Below, in pieces: positions 39,751 to 49,146 of a stretch of 49,241 nt of DNA. A program made the position numbers and the translations under genes. The notes below the pieces were generated by a model. The model was not told the DNA's origin and did no database searches. It was given only the letters and a program-made list of their open reading frames with translations. The DNA is from Thermoproteota archaeon (GTDB lineage Archaea > Thermoproteota > EX4484-205 > JAAOZP01): the NCBI GenBank assembly GCA_049700215.1, contig JBNAVT010000011.1, positions 1 to 49,241 on the forward strand. The letters run 5' to 3'. How positions within the stretch are numbered: position 1 is the stretch's first letter; the number at the start of each line of letters is the position of its first letter.

Positions 39751-39790
39751 ATCTTCAAGTGTATGCTGAAAGCATCGCGCGCTTCGATTT

Positions 39791-39892
39791 AATCAAGAGG
39801 CTCTCGACTTCGTCAGGAGATACTATGAGGAGAAGGGTAAGGCTCCTTCATAGAGGCTGATCATCAAGCGCACTAACGTGGTTAAGACTTAA
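39791..39892 (+). pseudogene. Relic of a small helical/HTH-like gene
   Basis: NQEALDFVRRYYEEKGKAPS*RLIIKRT resembles LexA-N/DsrC-type helices; internal TAG at 39851. Confidence 0.35.
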
Positions 39893-39914
39893 AATCTTTA
39901 GTGCCTAGGACCAA

Positions 39915-40232
39915 TTAAATCTCTTTTAAATCTCTGATAAGCTTGCTGTAGAAACTGAACATCTTTTCATCCGTTACATGAAATTCGAAGGGTTCGTCGA
40001 ATCCTTCCTTCCTAAGCTTTGCAATAACTTCACAGGGTTTTAACTTTGTTAAGATTAATACGTCTATGTCGCTGGTTAAGACATGCTCGTCTCTCGCCAC
40101 AGAACCGAATAGAAAAACTCTGGATCCCCTATCTGCCTCACTCATCTTTTCTTTAATACTCTTTAAGAGCTTGGGGAGGTTTTTGAAAACCTCTTCCCTT
40201 CTACCGGCTTCTCTAATTAAAAACTCTTCCAA
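39915..40232 (-). CDS. Minimal nucleotidyltransferase (MNT) antitoxin
   Basis: LFGSVAR...SDIDVL; TTG start at 40232 overlaps the HEPN end. Confidence 0.88.
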   Translation of the reverse strand: MEEFLIREAGRREEVFKNLPKLLKSIKEKMSEADRGSRVFLFGSVARDEHVLTSDIDVLILTKLKPCEVIAKLRKEGFDEPFEFHVTDEKMFSFYSKLIRDLKEI

Positions 40233-40605
40233 CCAGCTCCTCGACCTCCCTAGCGAAGTCAAGTAGTTTTCTTGCCTCCTCCTTCTCGAAATCTCTAGGG
40301 AAGTATCTGGCAGTGATGTAAGCGTCTTCTAAGCTTGCAAACTCTAAGGCCTTTTCATCTCCAAATTTTTTAAACTCATCCTGTTTCCTCAGAATTTCAC
40401 CCAGTAAAAGGAAAAGCCTTCTTAAAGTATGAGTTTTAGGAAACTCCACCCCTTTTTGCAACAACTTCGCTTTTAGAAAAAGTTGCAACGATTGCTCAAC
40501 GTTAAACGCGGCAAGATCATAATCCCCCCTTGAAAAATGAAATTCAGCAGCATCCCTAAACTTTTTAGACCTATCCAAGAGCTTCTCAACCTCTTCCCTC
40601 CTCAT
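40213..40605 (-). CDS. HEPN domain protein (HEPN-MNT pair)
   Basis: YDLAAFNVEQSLQLFLKA, PKTHTL, YITARY. Confidence 0.9.
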   Translation of the reverse strand: MRREEVEKLLDRSKKFRDAAEFHFSRGDYDLAAFNVEQSLQLFLKAKLLQKGVEFPKTHTLRRLFLLLGEILRKQDEFKKFGDEKALEFASLEDAYITARYFPRDFEKEEARKLLDFAREVEELVGRVFN

Positions 40606-40653
40606 GAACCTTTAATATCCTCGTGAAAATATAAGTGTTTTAGAGACCGCATG

Positions 40654-43600
40654 CTAAGGTACTCCAGATCCTTGGTAAACCGGTGCAACCCTTTCTATGG
40701 AGGGTGCAAAACTGTTTAGAAACATCCTGTAGTACATCAAGCATTCCTCCACAGCACTCTTAACAGGGCTGCTCACCGTACGCTTGTAAACGTCTCCTCC
40801 AACAATCACGTCGAAGCTCCTGGAGAGAATAAGCGTGCTTCCTGAATATATCTCGATGGTGCCATTCCTAACTATGGGTTTAGCGAATACGTTGAGGCTT
40901 GCAACACCCCTCGAGTTGGCTGAAGCACTCGCCACGGTGTTTCCAGCCTCATCCTTGAGGCGGACTGTCCAACCTGGTGTGAGCCCAGTCACGTTCACAA
41001 ACCTCGGGTCGGCGTCAGCGCACGCTATAAAGTCGTCGAAAAACGCTGAAAGATAATTGTTATCCCTCCTTTCATCATATATGCTGAGGCCGACGTGGCT
41101 AAGCTGCAGCGTAGTGTCTGTTCCACTTCGAGTACCAACCTGCGTGCCCACGCTGCTGTAAACAGTGATTGTCATCGCCCCCGTGTTAACGCGCCGACTC
41201 CCAAGGAATGTGAACCACGTGTTATCGGTTAAGCCTCCCAAGTTCCCCGTCCGAGCTATATTTGTCCATTGAGGCGGAGAGCCTGCATAGCGCCATATCC
41301 CCAGTCGCCTATTACCTGAGTCGCGGTAGAACTCTAGCGTGTAGAAACCAGTGTCAGAATTGATCATCGCTAAGCCGGCGTGTTGATCTCTACTCGTCGT
41401 GTTGAACCTTACCTTTGAAAGAACGTGTATCGTAGCTGCTTCCGGCGGCGTGTTGTTCGTGAAGTAGGCGACATGCGCACCGCCCCAGGTTCCCGAGGGC
41501 CCGTCGGCGGAGACCCGAATGTAGCCAGAATGGTTCCAGCTCCAGGCTCCAGTAGTGGTAGCAAGCCTCCCGGATAACGGGTCTGTGGAGAAGTCGTCGT
41601 AGATGAAGGCGTTCCTCTTGCTGAGCACAAGCTCCCCTGCTACAGTGCCCTGCGGGTTTTCAACCGTGCGGAAGGGAAGCGCGTTCCGGTCGGTGGCGTT
41701 GTACCATAGGCTTGCGTTGATAAACGGGGTAGATGCTCTACCCCCCTCAGCCAAGAATCCCGCCACCTTAAACTGTATCTTGTTCGCAGGGTCAGTGTCG
41801 TAAGGCGTAGTGGATGTTCTACTCCAGAAAATAGCGTCATACTCCATTACCCTCCTCTGGTAGTCGGCCGTGGTCCAGACCCACAGCTGGTCCCTTCTCA
41901 CGCCTCCTATGAAGTAGCTCCGGAGCTCGTCGATAAAGTCTTCAGAGGCGAAGATAGCTATTCCCGCGTACTCGTTGTAGAGCACTGTCCAATTGCCGTA
42001 TGCTTGCGCGGAGGGAACGTTAGCCGGGACATTGTTCCTATCCCTGTGCATTATGTTCCTTATGTTAGAGTAGGTTCCGTTGACGATTCCCGGGTTAGCG
42101 ACGGAGGTTGCGAAAGAACCCCATTGGACCCTCAAGGGGCTTCCGGCATCAGTATCGGTCCCGCCTATCATCCCCATTAGAGACATGTAGGGGTAATCCA
42201 TGCGGACGCTTCTAAGCCAAGTCGCGTTCGCCACGTAAAGGAAGTATGAAACGTTGTAGGGTATGTAGAGAATAGTCTCGTAATGCATCTCGTTGTAGCT
42301 CACAGGCCCCTCCGGCGGCCTCTCCTGAGTCTTGTTAGACTTTCTGAAAGCCACTAGCCTGACCGGTGCCTCAGCGACCAGTGTGCCGCCCTTATCCTGT
42401 GGCCTTGGAAGTATCGTCCAGTCATCCGCAGGAACCTTCCTCGGGAACCACCAGCCCCCGCCGGGCATACGGTAAACATCGTACCCGAGCAAGACGTATT
42501 CCACGTGTGTTCCACTCCTCGGGTCGAGCAGGCTTATCGACCAGTCTACCCAGTAGCTCGTGGGGCTTGCTAGAAGCGTTAAAACATACTTACCGTTGTC
42601 GACGGTGGCGAAAGCACCGCTTAAAGTCATGTGGAGACGGTACTCCGGCTCCCTAGCGTCAGCGTCTTCAAGCCAGGTCAGCAGGACTTTCTGAAGGCTG
42701 CACCCAGGCGGGTAGTTCAGCTCGAAAACCAGCTTAGACCCGTTCATAATCCTCTTCCTCCACTCTAGGAACTTGTCACTGTTAGGCCAAAGATACCTGT
42801 CGTCCCACACCTCAGTCTGGTAGGGAACCTCGTAGAAATTAGGGTCGCTAGGCCAGTTCTTAGTAGCCATCACCCTGACCTGTTTAACAGGTGGGAGTGG
42901 GATCGGAGGATTGTTCTCAGGGGCTGAAAGCTTAGTGTTATACCAGTACATCGTCCCGTTGGGTATGAGTTCAAAAACATAGGTCTCCTTAATCTTAGAC
43001 GGGTCTCCCGTGTAGAAAGGCTCCACAGCGTTCGCCCGTATCTCGTACTCTATGCCAGCGTAGGAATACGATTCGACGATTATACCCCTGTTGTCCTGAA
43101 CCCTGACTAGGACGAACTGGTAGTAGCCGGGCTGGTGCGGCTGGCTACCCTGCTGAGACTCCCATCTCCAGAAGAGCCTGACGTTGCTGCTCTGAGGGTC
43201 GTAGAAGCTGGGCTTGATGCTGATGGTGTAGTTGCCACCACCGTTGTAAGTAAGATTCATCTGGTTCAAAGAAACCCTTCTCCAGCAGTATACTCCCGGT
43301 GGGACAGTCGGGTCGAACAAGTATATCTCGAAGTTACCTGCTCTAAGATCGCTAACCGGGACATTGTTCTCCCTGAGGACGAGCACGTTCAACTCTAGTA
43401 GGCCCTCCCTCTCCCTGGGGATCACTGAGGCTATGGTTAGGTTGAGGAGAATAATATGCGTAGCCCTCCACCCGACTACTCCCTGGTAGGTAGCGTCGAC
43501 ACTTATCTCCGCACCTATGGCTGAAATGCTGTTAGGCCTGTACCAGAACAGTTTGAAAAGCCTGTTCTCCAGCCTTCTTTCCTGGTAGTTGAAAACATAC

Positions 43601-44019
43601 GTTTTCGGCTTGTCAGGCTCCCCCTGCCGAGTCATATTGTATATGGTAAGCGCTATGCTCTTAGCCCTCTGAACAGGGTCGTTTACCCACTTCGTCTCAA
43701 TGTGTAGGCCCTTCCCCGCGTAGGCGGCCTGAGTTGAGAGAACCCAGTATGAGAAAGTCAGGTTAGCAATCCTCCTTGGAACATCCATCTCGGCAGTAAG
43801 GTTGAATTTCGCCGTGGCGTTCGCAAGAATCCTGGTAAGCATCCTCTTGAAATCCGAATCTATGTTCATAACTATCTCCCTGCTCGGATTATATTTGAAG
43901 AACAAGTGTTGAGTCGAGGTCAAGTATATCGCTGTCGAGATGAGGAGAATAATAGTGATCAGCGTAATGCTCATCGCAAGTATTACCTGCCCTCTGTCCC
44001 TGTTTGAAAGGCTCATCAT
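40654..44019 (-). CDS. Giant pilin-like adhesin with class III signal peptide
   Basis: MMSLSNRDRG|QVILAMSITLITIILL; long beta/aromatic-rich body with many NxS/T sequons; AGGAGGTG RBS. Confidence 0.82.
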   Translation of the reverse strand: MMSLSNRDRGQVILAMSITLITIILLISTAIYLTSTQHLFFKYNPSREIVMNIDSDFKRMLTRILANATAKFNLTAEMDVPRRIANLTFSYWVLSTQAAYAGKGLHIETKWVNDPVQRAKSIALTIYNMTRQGEPDKPKTYVFNYQERRLENRLFKLFWYRPNSISAIGAEISVDATYQGVVGWRATHIILLNLTIASVIPREREGLLELNVLVLRENNVPVSDLRAGNFEIYLFDPTVPPGVYCWRRVSLNQMNLTYNGGGNYTISIKPSFYDPQSSNVRLFWRWESQQGSQPHQPGYYQFVLVRVQDNRGIIVESYSYAGIEYEIRANAVEPFYTGDPSKIKETYVFELIPNGTMYWYNTKLSAPENNPPIPLPPVKQVRVMATKNWPSDPNFYEVPYQTEVWDDRYLWPNSDKFLEWRKRIMNGSKLVFELNYPPGCSLQKVLLTWLEDADAREPEYRLHMTLSGAFATVDNGKYVLTLLASPTSYWVDWSISLLDPRSGTHVEYVLLGYDVYRMPGGGWWFPRKVPADDWTILPRPQDKGGTLVAEAPVRLVAFRKSNKTQERPPEGPVSYNEMHYETILYIPYNVSYFLYVANATWLRSVRMDYPYMSLMGMIGGTDTDAGSPLRVQWGSFATSVANPGIVNGTYSNIRNIMHRDRNNVPANVPSAQAYGNWTVLYNEYAGIAIFASEDFIDELRSYFIGGVRRDQLWVWTTADYQRRVMEYDAIFWSRTSTTPYDTDPANKIQFKVAGFLAEGGRASTPFINASLWYNATDRNALPFRTVENPQGTVAGELVLSKRNAFIYDDFSTDPLSGRLATTTGAWSWNHSGYIRVSADGPSGTWGGAHVAYFTNNTPPEAATIHVLSKVRFNTTSRDQHAGLAMINSDTGFYTLEFYRDSGNRRLGIWRYAGSPPQWTNIARTGNLGGLTDNTWFTFLGSRRVNTGAMTITVYSSVGTQVGTRSGTDTTLQLSHVGLSIYDERRDNNYLSAFFDDFIACADADPRFVNVTGLTPGWTVRLKDEAGNTVASASANSRGVASLNVFAKPIVRNGTIEIYSGSTLILSRSFDVIVGGDVYKRTVSSPVKSAVEECLMYYRMFLNSFAPSIERVAPVYQGSGVP

Positions 44020-44501
44020 CACCACCTCCTGGCGAGCTCCAGGTGAATCTTCAAAACCCATCTTCTCCTCGTCGTGTAAGTTATTTCTGCGCCAGCAGCC
44101 TCCTTCGAAAGACTGAAGTCCTCGGGTGCAGCGTTGAAAACTCTTCCCAGCGGTTCCTCCTCGACAACATCCCCCTTCTTACTCATGTTGCAGACAGTCA
44201 TGTTATAGAGAGTGTTGGCGGGGAGGAGGGCGTTCAGCACGTTCTTCATCAGGCCCTCCCAGCCGGGCCTGACCCCTGTCGAGTTGAAAACAACCTCGTC
44301 GAAAACCTCCTTGTCGGCGAGGCTCGTAAGGAAGGCGTAGCAGTATTTCTCGAGCTCGTCACGAGCCTTAGCACTATACGGGTCTGGAGCCTTGGTCAGG
44401 TTTATCATGCTCCACATGGCTATAGCGATTATTCCGCTTGCGAGAAGCGCCTCGACGATCCGCATCTGCCCCCTGTTGTCGATCATTCCGCCCACCTCCA
44501 A
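44019..44501 (-). CDS. Minor pilin with class III signal peptide
   Basis: MIDNRG|QMRIVEALLASGIIAIAM. Confidence 0.82.
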   Translation of the reverse strand: MEVGGMIDNRGQMRIVEALLASGIIAIAMWSMINLTKAPDPYSAKARDELEKYCYAFLTSLADKEVFDEVVFNSTGVRPGWEGLMKNVLNALLPANTLYNMTVCNMSKKGDVVEEEPLGRVFNAAPEDFSLSKEAAGAEITYTTRRRWVLKIHLELARRW

Positions 44502-45673
44502 ACCCTGACCGTGAAAACATAGTGGAAGGAGCCTATTCTAACCATCCTTTTAAGTACGCTCGTCTTAATGTTCCCGGATGCCATCCCGGTCTGGCATATC
44601 GTTATGGAAGGCGGCCTGTAGAAGGTGGCAACGTAGTATTTACCCATGTATTTAACAGGCGTCATAATGAATGCAACGTCCTCGTCGATCGTGCTCGTAA
44701 TCCTGTATACACGATAGTTCTTAGAACCCCTGTTTATAATCATGCCGCTCTCACCGTTAGTCTCGTTTCTGAAGGTGCTTAGGTAAACGTAGTAGGGCGG
44801 GTTGGCTAGGGCAGTCTGGTTCCTCAAGTGTCTAGCAGCCGGTGTCTCCAAGGAGCCACTTATGCTCAGTATCAGGTAGTCGCCAACAGTGGTCCCGTTG
44901 AGAATATCCGTCTCGCCGAGCATGGAGGAGTTTACAGCCCTAATCCCATAGTAGTCCGCGTACACTATAAGCGCTGAAAAGCTCTTCTGAAGATCCTTGA
45001 CTCTTGTTTCAGCGTAGCTGAGGAGGTCTGTGAAGTCCAGGCTTGCTTTACCGTCAGTTCTAACGGGGCCTGTCTTAAAAACGTAGTCCACGTAACAGAC
45101 GTCCCGACCCGCCTCCTTATCGATAATCATGAAAACATATACTCCGGTTACGTTAGCGCTTATCGCCGGCCTCCCCTCGTAGGTTTTCACCGTAACCTCG
45201 ACCAAGCTGGGGACTTGGACGCCGCCCCTAAGGCTGTAATAGCCCACAACCCTCGTCGTCAAGTTTAAAGCAGGGGTAATGCTTATGCTAAACCCATACT
45301 TGTTTTCAAGCCCTAGAAGCCTAGCTATGGTCCAGGCGTCTATCTGAATCGTCTCAGGAAGCTGCCCGCCTCCAATGTTTATCATTCTGAGAACCTTATC
45401 CATGTCGAGCTCATAGGGCTCACCACCAGCCTTCTGAAGCCCGAAGGAGAGAAGCTGGCTGCTGTTCTCAACCTTAAGAACGTCTCCCCAGTCCTCAGGA
45501 ATACCCGTGCTTAGAAGAACCTTATCCATAATGGCTTGAGCAACCTCCTCAAGCTGGTGCTCCCTCGCTGTTGTGAAGGAAAGGTAGGCTGTGGGAATGA
45601 TGTACCCCATGAAGGTTACGAGTATGAGCAGGAGGATGAGGAAGGCGAACATGTTGTCAATAGTGACGTGCAT
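44483..45673 (-). CDS. Pilus-associated minor-pilin-like protein
   Basis: N-terminal TIDNMFAFLILLLIL helix; STGIPEDW...FGL motif; position within the operon. Confidence 0.72.
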   Translation of the reverse strand: MHVTIDNMFAFLILLLILVTFMGYIIPTAYLSFTTAREHQLEEVAQAIMDKVLLSTGIPEDWGDVLKVENSSQLLSFGLQKAGGEPYELDMDKVLRMINIGGGQLPETIQIDAWTIARLLGLENKYGFSISITPALNLTTRVVGYYSLRGGVQVPSLVEVTVKTYEGRPAISANVTGVYVFMIIDKEAGRDVCYVDYVFKTGPVRTDGKASLDFTDLLSYAETRVKDLQKSFSALIVYADYYGIRAVNSSMLGETDILNGTTVGDYLILSISGSLETPAARHLRNQTALANPPYYVYLSTFRNETNGESGMIINRGSKNYRVYRITSTIDEDVAFIMTPVKYMGKYYVATFYRPPSITICQTGMASGNIKTSVLKRMVRIGSFHYVFTVRVWRWAE

Positions 45674-45676
45674 TGA

Positions 45677-46210
45677 TCAACCGCCTCCACTATTCTCAAG
45701 CCTTCCAAGCCCAACTACTATGGCTCCGTCAACCCTCCTAGCCCACACCACGGGGTTGCTCGCACCGGAGTGGAGAACACCCGTATAGTTTACAAGGCGG
45801 GAGCCGACTTGAAAAACACCGTCCCCGGTTTCAACCACCACGTCGACACCCGGGTTCCTCCAAAGCGGTGAGGAAACGTTTATCGCCCTGTTCTCCTCCA
45901 AGTAGGCGACTAGAAACCAAACTCCGTCAACCTCTCTAAACTCCATCGCATAGCCATGTCCCGACACTGAAACTGGGAGGCTGATCGGCTTGTAGAGATT
46001 AATGTTGCTCTCGGCCCGGTGGCACATCACGTATAGTCCAGTAACCTCGTAGGCAACCTGGTTGGCAACCTCGCCCAGCCTCACTTTAAGGGAGTCGATA
46101 AAAACCCAGCGGTACACTATTGAAAACATGAGTAGAGATATGAAGAGGACAGCGTATAGGGCTGTCGTAAGAATTACTGTTTCAAAGGGCGTTGAAGGCA
46201 TTCTTCTCAC
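45677..46210 (-). CDS. Pilus-associated minor-pilin-like protein
   Basis: MPSTPFETVILTT hydrophobic helix; LGEVANQVA; position within the operon. Confidence 0.7.
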   Translation of the reverse strand: MRRMPSTPFETVILTTALYAVLFISLLMFSIVYRWVFIDSLKVRLGEVANQVAYEVTGLYVMCHRAESNINLYKPISLPVSVSGHGYAMEFREVDGVWFLVAYLEENRAINVSSPLWRNPGVDVVVETGDGVFQVGSRLVNYTGVLHSGASNPVVWARRVDGAIVVGLGRLENSGGG

Positions 46211-47019
46211 CTAATCGATATCTCAACGTCAACGATGTTCAGGAAGACTATCGTCCCATTACCTCCCTGGTCTGTGGAATACTCGTTGTAGTAGGCTCCC
46301 CTCTCGACAGTTATCGTGATGCTCGTGGAATCGATGAGCTGTATAACCCTGCTCGTCACGTTCACAACCCTGGCGCAAACATCGTAAACATTGCTCCCGC
46401 TGAAAGTGCCACGTACAATCCTCACGTAGGTTATTTCAACCACGTTAAGAGGATCCCAGTTAACCCCGTCCCTCGTAGCGTTGATAATGCCCGAGGGGAC
46501 AACCCGGATCCTTCCGAAATCCATTATGACCCAAGCCCCCTGCTCACGCTTCAAGTAGACCCATCCTAGGGGAGCCGGGTTCACCGGGCTGACTATGAGG
46601 CACTCCCACGGAGTGAGGCTTTGAACACCCTTTAGAACCTGATAGTCAAGCGAGGAGACGCCTCCCCCGCCTCTTAACTTAACAAGCGTAACGTTGTCCT
46701 CGAATATGGTTCCGCCATCGATCTTTATCGTCAGCTTTTCAGCACCGGGTGTGACGGCAAGCCCGCCGCTGCTAATCGCGAACCGTGTGTAGGCTGCTGA
46801 ACCCTTGGCAAGGCTCAGCCCCTCTATCATCTGCGCGAGGCTGATCATGCTCGCCTTACCGTTTTCAAACTCCGTGGCCTGAGCCTGCATCGAGAGGTTA
46901 AGCTGGGCGAAGAAGACTCCTCCGACAATCATGCCGAGAGTCACGGTTACAAGCATGACTGTGGCCACAACCTCTGACACGCCCCTCCTGTCTAGCCCGG
47001 AACTAGCCAACGGTACCAC
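46207..47019 (-). CDS. Minor pilin with class III signal peptide
   Basis: DRRG|VSEVVATVMLVTVTL. Confidence 0.85.
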   Translation of the reverse strand: MVPLASSGLDRRGVSEVVATVMLVTVTLGMIVGGVFFAQLNLSMQAQATEFENGKASMISLAQMIEGLSLAKGSAAYTRFAISSGGLAVTPGAEKLTIKIDGGTIFEDNVTLVKLRGGGGVSSLDYQVLKGVQSLTPWECLIVSPVNPAPLGWVYLKREQGAWVIMDFGRIRVVPSGIINATRDGVNWDPLNVVEITYVRIVRGTFSGSNVYDVCARVVNVTSRVIQLIDSTSITITVERGAYYNEYSTDQGGNGTIVFLNIVDVEISIR

Positions 47020-48835
47020 CGCCAGTCGGCACCGGGGCGAAGGAATAGTATGGTGCTAGCACTATCGTCGCCAGCGTGAATACTAGGAGCATTAGAGCGT
47101 GGAAGAAGCCTGAGGAAACCTCCCCATAGGCGATCTTACCACCTACCAGCCCCATCATGTAGACGTGTATGATAACCGGGGGAAGGAGGAGCTGAACCAT
47201 GTCTGCGAAAGCCATTGAGCGCCCAGCCATAAGCAGCATTGACCTGAAGAATGTTAAGAGGGCTATGACTGTTACGACGAGCACACCCGTCCCTATGTAG
47301 GGTATCATTAGCAGCGGCCTGAGCTCAGACCTCTTCTCCTTCTCCATGAGTATTATGGACTCGTTGAACCTTGCAAGAGTCTCAAGAGTCTCGGGAGTGC
47401 CCCCACCGACCTCGATAGCGTCGAGGAGGAGGAACATGCTTATCTTCGTAAGCCATGCCCTAACCTTCTTTGAGAACGTCTTATATATTTCAGCATGGCT
47501 TATCCCCCATGAGATCTGCGTAGCCATCGTCTTAATATGCTTCGAGAGACTACCGTAGTTCCTCTCGGAGAGGGAGATTATGCATTTCTCAGGGCTTAGC
47601 CCAGACTTCCTGATCTCGACAAGGTCCCTGAGGAATCCTGCGAAACCAGTATCCATACCCTTCTCCTTAAAACTGATGTACATCCTATAGGCGACAACCG
47701 GGATTGAAGCGAAGGAGAGGGCTAGGATGAGCCCTATCGATGCCTCGTAGCCGTGTTCAAGCTTCAAATACTCTGTAAGCCAGACTATGAAGTTGCTTAG
47801 AAAGTTGAAAGGCGGGATCTCCCTCAAGCCGGGGAGCATGAAGGAGACACAGAACCCTGGTACTAGCAGCGCCATTATGGGCGTGGCCGTAGCGGCGAAA
47901 ACAATGTAGGGAGAGTTGTCCTCCATCGGGTACTTCGGCTGAACAATGTCTATAAGCCAGAGGAACATGAGTGAGAAGAAGGGTAGGAAAGCATAGCTGA
48001 ACAACACGAATGACAGAATGTTTCCGAATATTCCGCCTCCGGCCCCGGCTACAAGCTCCCCGATAGACATTTGAACAGCGTAAATAGTGTATATGCCTAG
48101 CAGAAGGAGTATCGCGAAGACGATGTAGACCTCCATCAGTTGCCCAAGCCTCCCGCCGATGAGCTTAAGGTTCTCAAGCCTCTCCTGGAACAGGAGCTCA
48201 GTCCTTCGAAGAAGATAGTGGACAACGTCCCCGCCAGTCTTGAGAGTGGAAGCATACCCTAGGAGGAGCTCCCTGAACTCCTTGGAGGGAAGCTTCTTGC
48301 CAATCTCCTCAAGGGCTGTGACGGGGTCGTAGCCTAGTCCTCTAACCATGATGTCGAGAAGCTTAGCCGTCTCGGAGAAAGTTGGGAGGAGGGGGACGCG
48401 TGAAAGCCTCATTATGCTCACGTACGGGGAGATTCCTCCGGTTGACATCACCGCGGTGTAGGCTGCAGCATAGGGGACCTCTGAGGATAGGGAAGACTTG
48501 ATGCTTGAGATCTTCATCCTTGGCCAAGCGATGCCGAGGAGGAAGACGATGACTGGGAGGCAGAGGAGTAGCACCGGTATGAGGTAGACTTCGCGGAAGC
48601 CGAGGTTTAAGACGATCAGGTCGTAGCTTAGAAACAATACGCTTGACAACGCTACTGAGACGACCGCGGTTATGAAGGTTAATAGGAGAACTGTGGCGCC
48701 ATAGGCCCTAGGGTATACTCTTACCCCGGAGGCTTCAAGGTCGCCGCACATCTTCGCAACACTGTCTCCAAGCGGGCCGAACAGCCATGCGGCGAAGCTC
48801 GATATAGACAAGACTAAGTATTTTAACCATAACAT
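47003..48835 (-). CDS. Type II secretion F-family (TadC/ArlJ-like) pilus platform membrane protein
   Basis: Two T2SSF repeats: PSKEFRELLLGYASTLKTGG and FLRDLVEIRKSG...AIEVGG. Confidence 0.92.
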   Translation of the reverse strand: MLWLKYLVLSISSFAAWLFGPLGDSVAKMCGDLEASGVRVYPRAYGATVLLLTFITAVVSVALSSVLFLSYDLIVLNLGFREVYLIPVLLLCLPVIVFLLGIAWPRMKISSIKSSLSSEVPYAAAYTAVMSTGGISPYVSIMRLSRVPLLPTFSETAKLLDIMVRGLGYDPVTALEEIGKKLPSKEFRELLLGYASTLKTGGDVVHYLLRRTELLFQERLENLKLIGGRLGQLMEVYIVFAILLLLGIYTIYAVQMSIGELVAGAGGGIFGNILSFVLFSYAFLPFFSLMFLWLIDIVQPKYPMEDNSPYIVFAATATPIMALLVPGFCVSFMLPGLREIPPFNFLSNFIVWLTEYLKLEHGYEASIGLILALSFASIPVVAYRMYISFKEKGMDTGFAGFLRDLVEIRKSGLSPEKCIISLSERNYGSLSKHIKTMATQISWGISHAEIYKTFSKKVRAWLTKISMFLLLDAIEVGGGTPETLETLARFNESIILMEKEKRSELRPLLMIPYIGTGVLVVTVIALLTFFRSMLLMAGRSMAFADMVQLLLPPVIIHVYMMGLVGGKIAYGEVSSGFFHALMLLVFTLATIVLAPYYSFAPVPTGGGTVG

Positions 48836-49000
48836 GTTTCTTATATTCTTTTCCGTGATTTAAATACTGGCATGCGTGTCGTAAACACGACAATCAGACG
48901 CGTCGCTCGAATGACGAAAATCGCACTCCGTCAATCTAGAGTATAAAGACGAGTCTTTTAAAGCAAGAATGGTAAGCCTGTTTTTCAGAGAGTTCCCACT

Positions 49001-49050
49001 GTTCCAAACGGTTTAAAACAGTTTAAAACAGTTCAGCTCGATTTAAAACG
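49001..49050. repeat. 10-bp-period GTTTAAAACA-like array upstream of the pilin gene
   Basis: GTTCCAAACG GTTTAAAACA GTTTAAAACA GTTCAGCTCG ATTTAAAACG. Confidence 0.6.
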
Positions 49051-49146
49051 CCTAATACGTTAAGCGCTGTAAGTCCTATTTTAACGTTAAAAAAATTTAA
49101 ATACTATCTTCCATACAAACTTAATACGGTAAGAGGTGAAACAGGC

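Noticed and set aside
44020-44061. ORF-track N-terminal extension of the adhesin
   Set aside because: Overlaps the upstream pilin; RBS and class III signal indicate a start at 44019/44016
367-47558. Numerous short antisense or alternate-frame ORFs in the track (e.g. 11333..11767, 16890..17363, 29062..29547, 44004..44522)
   Set aside because: Shadows of well-supported genes on the opposite strand; Ser/Leu/Pro-rich with no motifs
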